Shown: in pieces, positions 1-8,417 of the stretch
How positions within the stretch are numbered: position 1 is the stretch's first letter
Layout: the number at the start of each line of letters is the position of its first letter
Assembly: GCA_964549055.1 (NCBI GenBank)
Contig: CAZJUF010000001.1
Coordinates: 6,765-40,076 of the forward strand
Source of the DNA: an uncultured Hyphomicrobiales bacterium
GTDB taxonomy: Bacteria; Pseudomonadota; Alphaproteobacteria; Rhizobiales; JAJFHR01
Direction: 5' to 3'
DNA length: 33,312 nucleotides
Notes under the pieces: generated by a model
Databases searched by the model: none
What the model was told of the DNA's origin: nothing
The model's input: only the letters and a program-made list of their open reading frames with translations
Translations under genes and position numbers: made by a program

Positions 1-695
1 TCTTCAAAAACTTCGTCAAGCGGGCGGCCATCGTACATCAGGTAATCAATGACGGACAGACCGGAGATAAACCGCTCCGCTGGTCCGTAAACTTCGGGTT
101 CAAACCCCTGATACTCGAGCCTGACACCATTAGCAGCAAACAACTCGTCCTGCTGATACCCACCAGCGCCGCCGCCAGCCAGATAGGCATCGCCACCTGC
201 GGCCTTGACCAGCGAAATCAGGAGTTCGGTCGCCTGGCCCTCGTGCGGCAATTCGGATTGGCGAACCATCGGGGTGGAAATTCCGAGCCTTGCTGCAATC
301 GCCTTAATGGCGGCAATATTGAAACTGGCCAGATTGGTTTGCGGCGATTTGATCAGGGGTTCAAGCTCAATCAACACTTCATCATAGCACAGTGCCTTGC
401 GGTAGTTGGCATCAAGCGTTTTCAATAGCTTGATTCGCCAGGGCTGGCTGTCGTTAATTTCGGCAGCCAGGATAGAACTGCCAAGCGGCATGCGCCTGAG
501 GGGACACGTCACCCATTGCGCTTTTCCCTGAATTGCCAGCTTCACCCGGTTTGTCCAGGAACCCATGGAGCCGGATCCTGAGCGTGGATAATCAACCGCA
601 TCGAGAAACACGAAAACATCGGCGCGTCTGATCTTGTCGAAATACCCAAGCCAGGGGAAGAAATTCGGTTGATGAATGGCAACAAGACCGCTCAT
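1..695 (-). CDS. WbqC-like family protein (C-terminus runs off the left window edge)
   Basis: Hand translation of the minus strand from ATG 695-693 gives MSGLVAIHQPNFFPWLGYFDKIRRADVFVFLDAVDYPRSG... and stays open to position 1. The HQPNFFPWLGYFDKI N-terminus is the hallmark I associate with the WbqC family. The start overlaps the upstream stop by ATGA (692-695). It is absent from the ORF track because no stop lies in the window. Confidence 0.7.
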   Translation of the reverse strand, partial: MSGLVAIHQPNFFPWLGYFDKIRRADVFVFLDAVDYPRSGSGSMGSWTNRVKLAIQGKAQWVTCPLRRMPLGSSILAAEINDSQPWRIKLLKTLDANYRKALCYDEVLIELEPLIKSPQTNLASFNIAAIKAIAARLGISTPMVRQSELPHEGQATELLISLVKAAGGDAYLAGGGAGGYQQDELFAANGVRLEYQGFEPEVYGPAERFISGLSVIDYLMYDGRPLDEVFE

Positions 696-1630
696 TGTGT
701 GTCCGCCGTTTTATCCATAAGGCGGAAGCGGTTGGCGTATGAAAGCGTCGCACCATCAGCGAGTTCCGCCTCCTCAATTTCGATGACGCCGGAGCCGCAC
801 GCAACCAGCACCCCATCACCCGGGCCGCGCCCCACAATCTGGCCAGGAACGGCTAAAATATCATGGTCAAGTTCAACTTCTCTGCCCCGCCACACAGTTA
901 ACTTCGTCCTTGCCTCCAAATACGAAAATGCCCCTGCCAGCGGTCGTGATGATGCCCGAACGAGGCGCGCGATATTTTCGGCCGAATGTCCCCAGTTGAT
1001 AAGGCCATCTTCCGGCCGTCGGGGGTGACAACGCAGAGGTAATACGCCAGAAGCATCCTGGCGTTCAGGAGCAAAAGAGGGATCTTCTACCCGCTCAAGC
1101 GCATCCGCAAACATATCAGGCAGCACATTTTCCATCCAGGCATAAACATCCGAAATATAAACCACATCATCGAGCAGCAATTTGCTGCGGACATATATAT
1201 CGCCAGCATCAACCATATCCGGGTCCATGGTGTGAACACATAGCCCCACGTGATTTTCGCCGTTGATTATCGCCCAGTTCGGGCAGGCATTGCCGCGATA
1301 GCGTGGAAGGTCGCCAGCGTGCCCATTCAAGATGCCGTGTGTCAGCGCTTCGCAGGTCTGGTGGCGGATCATCGTTGGCCAGTTGATGGAGATACCGATT
1401 TGTGCCCCGGATTGAACCAGTGCCTCACGGAAGTTGTCGTGGTTGACATCAGGGTCGAAGAGATACGGAGCCTCAGTTTCTGCGGCAAGCTGGGCAAAGG
1501 CGTCTTGCCCGGCAGCGTATTCTGGAGGTGCCGGTGCCGTAGCCACAAGGGCCACCTCATGACCATCGGCCAATAATTGCCGCACAACAGAAATAAGCCA
1601 GTGGGTGCGGCCAAGGACAGCTATTCGCAT
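692..1630 (-). CDS. Formyltransferase-family enzyme (probable sugar N-formyltransferase), copy 1
   Basis: The ORF track gives 692..1666. The N-terminus is MRIAVLGRTHW with an Fmt-type core ...THGILNGHAGDLPRYRGNACPNWAIINGE.... I chose ATG 1630 because GGAGG lies 8 nt upstream; the 1666 extension would overlap the preceding gene. Confidence 0.75.
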   Translation of the reverse strand: MRIAVLGRTHWLISVVRQLLADGHEVALVATAPAPPEYAAGQDAFAQLAAETEAPYLFDPDVNHDNFREALVQSGAQIGISINWPTMIRHQTCEALTHGILNGHAGDLPRYRGNACPNWAIINGENHVGLCVHTMDPDMVDAGDIYVRSKLLLDDVVYISDVYAWMENVLPDMFADALERVEDPSFAPERQDASGVLPLRCHPRRPEDGLINWGHSAENIARLVRASSRPLAGAFSYLEARTKLTVWRGREVELDHDILAVPGQIVGRGPGDGVLVACGSGVIEIEEAELADGATLSYANRFRLMDKTADTQ

Positions 1631-1634
1631 GATC

Positions 1635-2345
1635 TCAACCTCCCATTCCAACTTGCACGCCGCCAAGGCGGCAACTTTTTATGGTGCGGGATTTAACTTC
1701 GCTCAATAGCGTCGACAATCGATCACGTGAGCCGCCGCAGCCTTGGGACCGCCGCCGCTCCAGTAACTTGACCGGATCATTCGTTTCGTTGCGGGCAGCC
1801 TCATAATCGGCGATTGTTTCCGTATTTAAAAAAGTGTGGATCGGGTGAATATCCACTACCAACAGGTCGATCACCTCAAGATGATCAACTGGTTCGCCTA
1901 TTGAAGGATCGAGCAGCCGCACGTCATCTTCCCAGCGAATTGGAACCTGAATGAGGCCACTAAAATCACGCCAAGCGCCGATCTTTGAGCCTACGTGTGG
2001 CGGCAGCAGATAATTTGATTCATGCGTCATTCCAAACTTGCGAAACATGACACTTAACCGGCTCGATCTCACCAATGAGTGGCTACGCACAGAGATTGCT
2101 TCGGGCACAATGTCCAACAACTTTTTCACCGTATCAACGGCCTGCCCCGGTTCGCCATCAAGCAGCGGGTTAAAGTTTGGATGTATGCCCAGTTCATGCC
2201 CGCCAGCTGCGCGAATTTCTGCCAGTACCGGTGTATCATGCGTAACAAACCATGTAGCCTTGGCATCGTAGCGCTCAATAAGTTCAAGCGTATCTAAAAT
2301 TACGGCGTTATGCGCCCAGTCTATGTCAATTGTCAAACAAAGCAT
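1635..2345 (-). CDS. Polysaccharide deacetylase-fold protein (WbmS-like)
   Basis: 236-aa ORF starting MLCLTIDIDWAHNAVILDTLELIERYDAKATWFVTHDTPVL...HELGIHPNF. The pattern resembles the WbmS-type deacetylase-like proteins of O-antigen loci (from memory). It is in an operon with neighbours 4 nt and 31 nt away. Confidence 0.5.
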   Translation of the reverse strand: MLCLTIDIDWAHNAVILDTLELIERYDAKATWFVTHDTPVLAEIRAAGGHELGIHPNFNPLLDGEPGQAVDTVKKLLDIVPEAISVRSHSLVRSSRLSVMFRKFGMTHESNYLLPPHVGSKIGAWRDFSGLIQVPIRWEDDVRLLDPSIGEPVDHLEVIDLLVVDIHPIHTFLNTETIADYEAARNETNDPVKLLERRRSQGCGGSRDRLSTLLSEVKSRTIKSCRLGGVQVGMGG

Positions 2346-2376
2346 GAAGTACCATGTGCTCCTTCAGCCGCCGTTT

Positions 2377-3168
2377 TTACAGCCGCACATCGAAGAATGA
2401 TTTCAGGCGTCGAAACCATCTTAGGCCACCAATAAAAAACAAAACCGACAGGATCGTCATGTAAACAAACATCCATAGTGGTGGCAATTGATTGTTTAGT
2501 ATGGGCGCGCGGAAGAATTCGGCCAGGACGTAGAATGGATTGAATTGCAGGATTGGCTGGATCACCGTGGGATAAGCGGTCAGGGGATAGAAAATCGGCG
2601 ACGTAAAGAGTATAGCCATCAATATATTGGGCAACGCCAGAGAAACATCACGCACGAAGACGTTTAGCGAACTTAGAAAAAAACCGACACCTGAAACAAA
2701 GGTGAGCATCAGCATTACAGAAAACGGGAGTATTAAAACCGCCGCGCCTGGAATTTGGCCATCTGCAAGCTTCAAAACAAGAAGAATAGCAAAAGATACA
2801 AATAGCGGAACAATCCCCAACATGGCTCCGACCATCGGTAAAAGCTCGGATTTGAAAGCTATATTCTTAACGATACCGGCGTTTGCGGCGACCGACCCGG
2901 TGGATGAGTTCAATCCTTCGCTAAGCGCCAGCCATGGCCCGTATCCACTAATCAGCCAGATCACGAATGGCAGTGCTCCTTCGCGATCAGCCAGCCGGCC
3001 AGGAAACACGAAGGTGAATACAAAGACGAAAATTCCCATCATCATGAGCGGAGAGAGTACCGCCCACATCAGCCCCAGACCAGATCCGAGAAATCGATCC
3101 TTGAGGGTCATAACAAAAAGGTTTTTCAGCATGGCAAAGTCACGCTGGTCGAAACCGGCAATACTCAT
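2377..3168 (-). CDS. wzm: ABC-2 type polysaccharide export permease (Wzm)
   Basis: 263 aa and strongly hydrophobic, with multiple TM stretches. It has the typical Wzm N-terminus (...LKNLFVMTLKDRFLGSGLGLMWAVLSPLMMM...). ATGA overlap with the upstream ATPase gene at 3165-3168. Confidence 0.85.
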   Translation of the reverse strand: MSIAGFDQRDFAMLKNLFVMTLKDRFLGSGLGLMWAVLSPLMMMGIFVFVFTFVFPGRLADREGALPFVIWLISGYGPWLALSEGLNSSTGSVAANAGIVKNIAFKSELLPMVGAMLGIVPLFVSFAILLVLKLADGQIPGAAVLILPFSVMLMLTFVSGVGFFLSSLNVFVRDVSLALPNILMAILFTSPIFYPLTAYPTVIQPILQFNPFYVLAEFFRAPILNNQLPPLWMFVYMTILSVLFFIGGLRWFRRLKSFFDVRL

Positions 3169-4388
3169 AAATTTGTCCCCTCAATCCGCCGGACCATGAT
3201 TTGTGGCGGATGAAAAAGAAGCGGCACACCGCCGCGCTGGCCTTCCTCGTCGACGACCTCAAAAACCCGCGCCGCTCCATAGCACACGCCCAGATGGTCA
3301 ACAAGGTTTACATCCAGGCGATAAAGATCTGCGCCAAGTAAGAAAGGATCAAGTTTTACCTGCACGTTGAAAGCTCCTCGCTCAGGCAGATTGTAGCCAG
3401 CTTGACGCAGGCCGGAGTGCCAGATTTTTCGGCCATCGACGCGCATCATGGTGACCTGAATATCGCAATCCTTCGCTTGATCGCCCAGCGCTCCGGAAAT
3501 TTCAAAGGTTACCGGCTTAAAAGCCGCCACGCCTGCCTGACGAACCTCTCCCCCCTGGTGGATGATAACGTCTTCGATAATGCCGATTTCGGATCGATTT
3601 TTGATCGCGCGCGCGGCGCCAAACTTACGCTTCAGCACGGCCTCATCAGTTTGCCTGACAGACGCTTCGTAGGCCGATGTAACCTCCTTCGGATCGCCGT
3701 CCATGACCAGTTGACCGTTGTCGATCCACAGACATCGCGTGCACATTTCAACGATTGCATTGGTTGCATGTGTCACCAGAATGACGATGCGGCCCCGCTC
3801 AGCTACTTCTTTCATGCGGCGGCTGGCTTTTTGTGAAAAAAATACGTCACCAACCGCCAGTGTCTCGTCCAGGATCAGAATATCCGGCTCAATGAAAGTG
3901 CCCATGGAAAACGCCAATCGCGCCTTCATGCCGGAAGAATAAGTGCGTACCGGTCGCTCGATATACTCGCCCAGTTCGGTGAACTCGATAATCTCTTCGG
4001 CCACAGCGCTAATCTGTTCATTTGATCGCCCATGTATGGTGGCATCAAGATAGATGTTCTCGCGACCTGTCATCTCCTCCTTGAGCACAGCACCAATGGT
4101 GAGCATGGCATGAATGTCACCCTCAACCTCAATGGTGCCGGAGGTTGGTTCGGTTATGCCGGCGAGTAATGATAATAGTGTTGTCTTGCCAGCACCGTTG
4201 GGTCCAATAATTCCCACGCGCTCGCCCTCGCTGACCGAAAAGCTGACGTCATCAAGAGCCTGCACCTTGCGGATACTTTCCTGAGGCTGACCAAGACGCA
4301 AAGCCTCAAAGAGCGAAACCGCCCGGCCACCGACAGCTGCGAGGGAAAAGACCTTGCAAAGACCATTTACTTTAATCGAGGCACTCAT
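3165..4388 (-). CDS. wzt: Polysaccharide ABC exporter ATP-binding protein (Wzt-type) with C-terminal extension, copy A
   Basis: 407 aa. Walker A GPNGAGKTT, signature-like YSSGMKARLAFS, Walker B LILDETLAVGD, H-loop ILVTHA. About 150 aa of beta-rich C-terminal extension (...YRLDVNLVDHLGVCYGAARVFEV...). Confidence 0.85.
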   Translation of the reverse strand: MSASIKVNGLCKVFSLAAVGGRAVSLFEALRLGQPQESIRKVQALDDVSFSVSEGERVGIIGPNGAGKTTLLSLLAGITEPTSGTIEVEGDIHAMLTIGAVLKEEMTGRENIYLDATIHGRSNEQISAVAEEIIEFTELGEYIERPVRTYSSGMKARLAFSMGTFIEPDILILDETLAVGDVFFSQKASRRMKEVAERGRIVILVTHATNAIVEMCTRCLWIDNGQLVMDGDPKEVTSAYEASVRQTDEAVLKRKFGAARAIKNRSEIGIIEDVIIHQGGEVRQAGVAAFKPVTFEISGALGDQAKDCDIQVTMMRVDGRKIWHSGLRQAGYNLPERGAFNVQVKLDPFLLGADLYRLDVNLVDHLGVCYGAARVFEVVDEEGQRGGVPLLFHPPQIMVRRIEGTNL

Positions 4389-5548
4389 GAGCTTTTCACC
4401 GACCAGTTGGATGCAAGTGTAAGCCCCTGTCCCGGCTCACCTGAAACTTCGATCGGCAACCCCGTGCCGCTGAGCCAGCCAAAACCGTCAAGTGCCACGC
4501 GCCGGTTTGGCATCTCAGGATCGGGCATAACCAGGTGCAGGCTGATCTGATAGCTGCCGGGCTCCAGCGGAAGGCGGGGAACAGTGACCGTTACTTCATA
4601 GCGTCCCGGCACCTCGTCGACAGCTGTCACGTCGCGTGACATCAATGCCGTTTCCCAACCAAATCCCGGTTGCATCCGCTCCATGACGACAACCACACCG
4701 ACCTTCTCCGCTACTTCTATCTCGACCTCGACGGTCAGAATAAGATCTTCACCAGGTCGTGGCCTGGCGGGAAACTGCGGCGCATTGACAAAATGTGCAA
4801 CACCCTTGTGATGATCTTCCTTCGCGCTTTCACCATAAAGATAATGCCGTGCCGCTTTTTCAGCTGGTCCGGAAAAAACCACTTTGCCTTTGTCGAGGAT
4901 GTGCGCGGTCTCGCACAGTTTGACAACAGAGGCCCAGTCATGCGTGACCAGAACCCCCGATGCGCCACTTGAAACGCGCTCACGCAAGCGTCGCCAGCAC
5001 TTCGAGCGGAAATGCTGATCACCAACCGAGAGAATTTCGTCAAGCAGGTAAACATCATAATGGCCTGCGGTTGCTGTGGAAAAAAACAATCGCGCACCCA
5101 TACCGGCCGAATAGGTAAGGATCGGATCGTCAAACCGATCTCCCAGCTCGGAGAAGTCGTGAATGTCCGCGATCATGTCAACCTGTCGATTTGCACTGAA
5201 GCCATGCACTGTCAACAACCGCTGTGCATACTGACGCCCGGTGAGTTCCGGGTGGCCAACAAGGCCAAGCTCATAAAGACCGGAAAGAGCCCCGTTTACG
5301 CTTGCGCGACCCTGATCGCAAACATAGACACCGCCGATAACCCGCAACAATGTGGATTTTCCGGCACCATTGCGCCCCAAAATTCCGACAAACTGCCCTT
5401 TGGGCACATCGAAAGAAACGTCCGTAAGCGCATCAAAAACCGGCACACCGACGCCCCCTGCAAACATAAGGCGCCATGCGTTACCCGCATCCACCAAAGC
5501 AAAACTCTTGGTAACGCCCTGGCATGTAACTGCAATTGCTTGGGTCAT
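4385..5548 (-). CDS. Polysaccharide ABC exporter ATP-binding protein (Wzt-type) with a different C-terminal extension, copy B
   Basis: 387 aa. Walker A GRNGAGKSTLL, signature-like YSAGMGARLFFS, Walker B YLLDEILSVGD, H-loop VLVTHD. About 140 aa C-terminal extension (...PGSYQISLHLVMPD...). ATGA overlap with copy A at 4385-4388. Confidence 0.8.
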   Translation of the reverse strand: MTQAIAVTCQGVTKSFALVDAGNAWRLMFAGGVGVPVFDALTDVSFDVPKGQFVGILGRNGAGKSTLLRVIGGVYVCDQGRASVNGALSGLYELGLVGHPELTGRQYAQRLLTVHGFSANRQVDMIADIHDFSELGDRFDDPILTYSAGMGARLFFSTATAGHYDVYLLDEILSVGDQHFRSKCWRRLRERVSSGASGVLVTHDWASVVKLCETAHILDKGKVVFSGPAEKAARHYLYGESAKEDHHKGVAHFVNAPQFPARPRPGEDLILTVEVEIEVAEKVGVVVVMERMQPGFGWETALMSRDVTAVDEVPGRYEVTVTVPRLPLEPGSYQISLHLVMPDPEMPNRRVALDGFGWLSGTGLPIEVSGEPGQGLTLASNWSVKSS

Positions 5549-5552
5549 GATT

Positions 5553-6317
5553 TCAGATAAGATCCGTTTCGTCTGCTGGCTTGTTCGGACGCCACAGTTG
5601 AATGCAAACTTTTTGCCCGTGCAAATCGAAATATGCGGGGTAATGCTCAGAATTTGCCGCCCTGATTTTGTTAATCAGATCAAGGAGAGGCAGTTCCGGG
5701 TCGATTTTGGAATGTTCTGGAACCCGATTGGGCAAAATAGGTGGAGGGGGAAACGGTTGCGGTTTGATACCGGTGATACCCATAGTCTCAAATTTTTCAA
5801 GAGCATCAACGACCACCTGAGGTTCCAGCTCACCCGTTTTTCGAGCAAGGCTGGCTGTTGTCTCGAAGGGTGAAAGTGGAAAGGCGCGTTGCAACAAAAT
5901 TGGTCCGGTGTCCATGCCCTCATCAACGAAATGGACTGTTACGCCACTTTCAGTTTCACCATTCTCTATGACCCAAGACAATGTCCGTGCGCCAGCATAA
6001 TCAGGCAAGAGCGAGCCGTGCACATTCAGGCACGTCGAAACGCGGTCAAGAAATTTCGTCGGAAAGAGGTAGGAAAAACCGACTGAAAGACACAAGCTCC
6101 CAGCCACAGTGTCTGCTACTTTGTCGAGATCAAACTTGCTTTCCAACACCGTCACGGGTAATCCGAGGCTTTGCGCAAATTCAATACTGGCAGCAACCTT
6201 TGGCCATTTTTCAGGGGAATTTGCGAATACGTGTAAAACGCGGTGTCCGGCATCCACAACAGCCTTCAGCACTCGCTCTCGCGGCCCGCCGGTAAAATAA
6301 TACAGATCAAGACTCAT
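5553..6317 (-). CDS. Formyltransferase-family enzyme, copy 2
   Basis: 254 aa with the Fmt core motif CLNVHGSLLPDYAGARTLSWVIENGETESGVTVHFVDEGMDTGPIL. It has a short C-terminal domain and is clearly divergent from copy 1. Confidence 0.7.
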   Translation of the reverse strand: MSLDLYYFTGGPRERVLKAVVDAGHRVLHVFANSPEKWPKVAASIEFAQSLGLPVTVLESKFDLDKVADTVAGSLCLSVGFSYLFPTKFLDRVSTCLNVHGSLLPDYAGARTLSWVIENGETESGVTVHFVDEGMDTGPILLQRAFPLSPFETTASLARKTGELEPQVVVDALEKFETMGITGIKPQPFPPPPILPNRVPEHSKIDPELPLLDLINKIRAANSEHYPAYFDLHGQKVCIQLWRPNKPADETDLI

Positions 6318-6333
6318 AAGATTCCCACAACAT

Positions 6334-7395
6334 TCAATTGCCGAACGGTCTTACATAGAAAAACGGAAATTGTTCAAGTAGTTTTCGAGGTTGCGTTTTG
6401 TTTAGTCGCGAATCCCATACCGCGCCAAAATATTCATAGATGTGATCTATGGCGCCCCAACCTTGTTTAAAGCGATGCACACCGGCCTGGGTCGACCACG
6501 TGCCGCCCCAGTTCCAATGGCTTCGCCCTTCAATAACGGCATCGCACATCGCAGTTGCGATAAGTGCGGACAGGACCTGGTGACTGCGGAAGGAATCAAC
6601 AATGACCGGCGTGAAATACTCCACCCAATCGCGATAGTAAAGATTTAGCAGCGCCCCGGCAAACTCCCCCTCAAGACGGGCGACATAAAGGCGGCATGCC
6701 CCACGAGCTTCCAGGTTGTTGCGAATGGCAGAAAATTCACGCTCGCTTTTGGGATTTCCACCGATCTTTTCCATTCCAAGTCGATGATGCAGGATCAATT
6801 GACGCCAATCCTCATCTGCCGTGGAAATTTCTACCACAAACCCCTGACGCAAACCTTTGCGTACAAGGTTCCGGGTCTTTTGACGACAAGTTGCTAAAAC
6901 ACCTTCAAGCGCCTCTTCCTGATTAGCAGCAACAGGCAGGCGCGAAATTTGACCGATGCGGGAATCCCAAGCCTTTAACCCGATCTGATCGGCCAGAGAT
7001 GCAATCCCCGGTGACAGCGGGTGAGAGACAATATTGATTGATCCAATCGAATATTCGCGGCAAATCTCAACCAGCCCGTTGGCCAGCGCTGACAATACAC
7101 TTTGCGGACTGGAGACGTCATTGGCCAGCAATACATCACCGTGGCTGCCGAAATAGGGTAGCGAGTTCAAAACCACACCATGTTCTGAATTGTGGATGAA
7201 TGTCGGCAATGTCGCGATAATTTGCGAGTCTTCATAAGCCGCTATGATCACTTGCTCACTTTCGGGTAAGATTTCCGTCAGTGCCGCCAAATACTCCGGC
7301 GTATGAAACATGAGGCTCGCATCACAGCTATGGACAAATTCACCATATGCCAATCTTTCGTCACCTGATAACTTTTTTACTGTGATGTTCAACAC
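6334..7395 (-). CDS. FemAB-like / GNAT-fold (Acetyltransf_6-type) acyl- or aminoacyl-transferase
   Basis: 353 aa. The C-terminal half (...RLYVARLEGEFAGALLNLYYRDWVEYFTPVIVDSFRSHQVLSALIATAMCDAVIEGRSHWNWGGT...) resembles FemAB-family/BioF2-like GNAT proteins. The start is GTG at 7395, and the gene overlaps the upstream gene by 7 nt. Confidence 0.55.
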   Translation of the reverse strand: MLNITVKKLSGDERLAYGEFVHSCDASLMFHTPEYLAALTEILPESEQVIIAAYEDSQIIATLPTFIHNSEHGVVLNSLPYFGSHGDVLLANDVSSPQSVLSALANGLVEICREYSIGSINIVSHPLSPGIASLADQIGLKAWDSRIGQISRLPVAANQEEALEGVLATCRQKTRNLVRKGLRQGFVVEISTADEDWRQLILHHRLGMEKIGGNPKSEREFSAIRNNLEARGACRLYVARLEGEFAGALLNLYYRDWVEYFTPVIVDSFRSHQVLSALIATAMCDAVIEGRSHWNWGGTWSTQAGVHRFKQGWGAIDHIYEYFGAVWDSRLNKTQPRKLLEQFPFFYVRPFGN

Positions 7396-8417
7396 ATCCC
7401 CGCAAATTCTCCGGCCACAATGCGTGCGTTCTTATCGCCAAGCGCTGGATAAAATGGAGGTGACAAAGTTTTGCGGAAGGCTCGCATCGTGTTTGGAAAT
7501 TGGTTATCGTCAAGACCAAGCGTATGATGGGCAAGTTGATCTATCCCGTGGCGCATGACAATTCCGGCCTTAGCCAGTTCGGGAAACAAATCTTTGGCTT
7601 CACAGTCGTTTAAATCAAGCGGAAACCGGAACATGTGCCCCGGTGATACGTCAATTTGTTTCAACAGCCGCGACACCAGCGCCTTGGGAGCCTCGGCTAT
7701 ATAGAGATCAAAAATCCTGGCTCGTTGCGCTTCCAGTTCGTCAATCCGGGTAAGCTGCACAGAGCCAATAGCAGCCTGCATGTCCGTAAATGGAGCAGGC
7801 TCGTGACAAGCGCATTCCACAGCTTTCAGGTTCTCACAATATTGTCCCGTCATGTCGATAGCGGCACCACCACCGCCAGCACACAGATATTTGGTCGGGT
7901 GAAACGACAGGCTGACAATATCGCCAAAAGCCTCGGGAGAGGCATCAACAAGGACATTCGGTGAAGCCTGGCAGAGGTCGTGAACGATTGGCACACCGAA
8001 CTGACGGAAAGCGGCGGCGGATTGTCTAAAGCCAAAGGGCGGGGCGAGAATGATAGCACCGCAATCAGCGGTAAACACGGCCTCCATCTGTTCTACATTG
8101 GCAACCCAGCCATCCGCTATATCGCAGAGCAGCGGGCAATGCCCGGCTTCGCGGATTGCCCACAGCACCGCATCGCAGACGTAACTCTGAACAATAATGC
8201 TCGAACCTGAAGGAAGATCAAGGGCTGTCAGTGCAGCCTGAATAGCCATGCGACCACTGGCAAACAGCGTAACTGCCTTGTCGCCGCCAACAAGACGGTT
8301 GAGAGCATGGCGAAATTCACTCCCCGCATCACCGCCGATAAGCATGCCTGAGCGCAGGACATCGGCGACGGCGTCAACTTCGCGCTTTCCAATCCAGGGC
8401 TGGGAATGTGTAATCAT
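7389..8417 (-). CDS. DegT/DnrJ/EryC1/StrS-family sugar aminotransferase (short form)
   Basis: 342 aa. The N-terminus is ...QPWIGKREVDAVADVLRSGMLIGGD..., and the putative PLP lysine lies in SLSFHPTKYLCAGGGG. ATGA overlap with the upstream asnB-like gene at 8414-8417. Confidence 0.7.
   Translation of the reverse strand: MITHSQPWIGKREVDAVADVLRSGMLIGGDAGSEFRHALNRLVGGDKAVTLFASGRMAIQAALTALDLPSGSSIIVQSYVCDAVLWAIREAGHCPLLCDIADGWVANVEQMEAVFTADCGAIILAPPFGFRQSAAAFRQFGVPIVHDLCQASPNVLVDASPEAFGDIVSLSFHPTKYLCAGGGGAAIDMTGQYCENLKAVECACHEPAPFTDMQAAIGSVQLTRIDELEAQRARIFDLYIAEAPKALVSRLLKQIDVSPGHMFRFPLDLNDCEAKDLFPELAKAGIVMRHGIDQLAHHTLGLDDNQFPNTMRAFRKTLSPPFYPALGDKNARIVAGEFAGMC

Noticed and set aside
2627-5873. Several 170-190-aa plus-strand ORFs (2627-3199, 5012-5560, 5352-5873)
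   Set aside because: All are antisense to well-supported wzm, wzt and formyltransferase genes and show no recognisable motifs.
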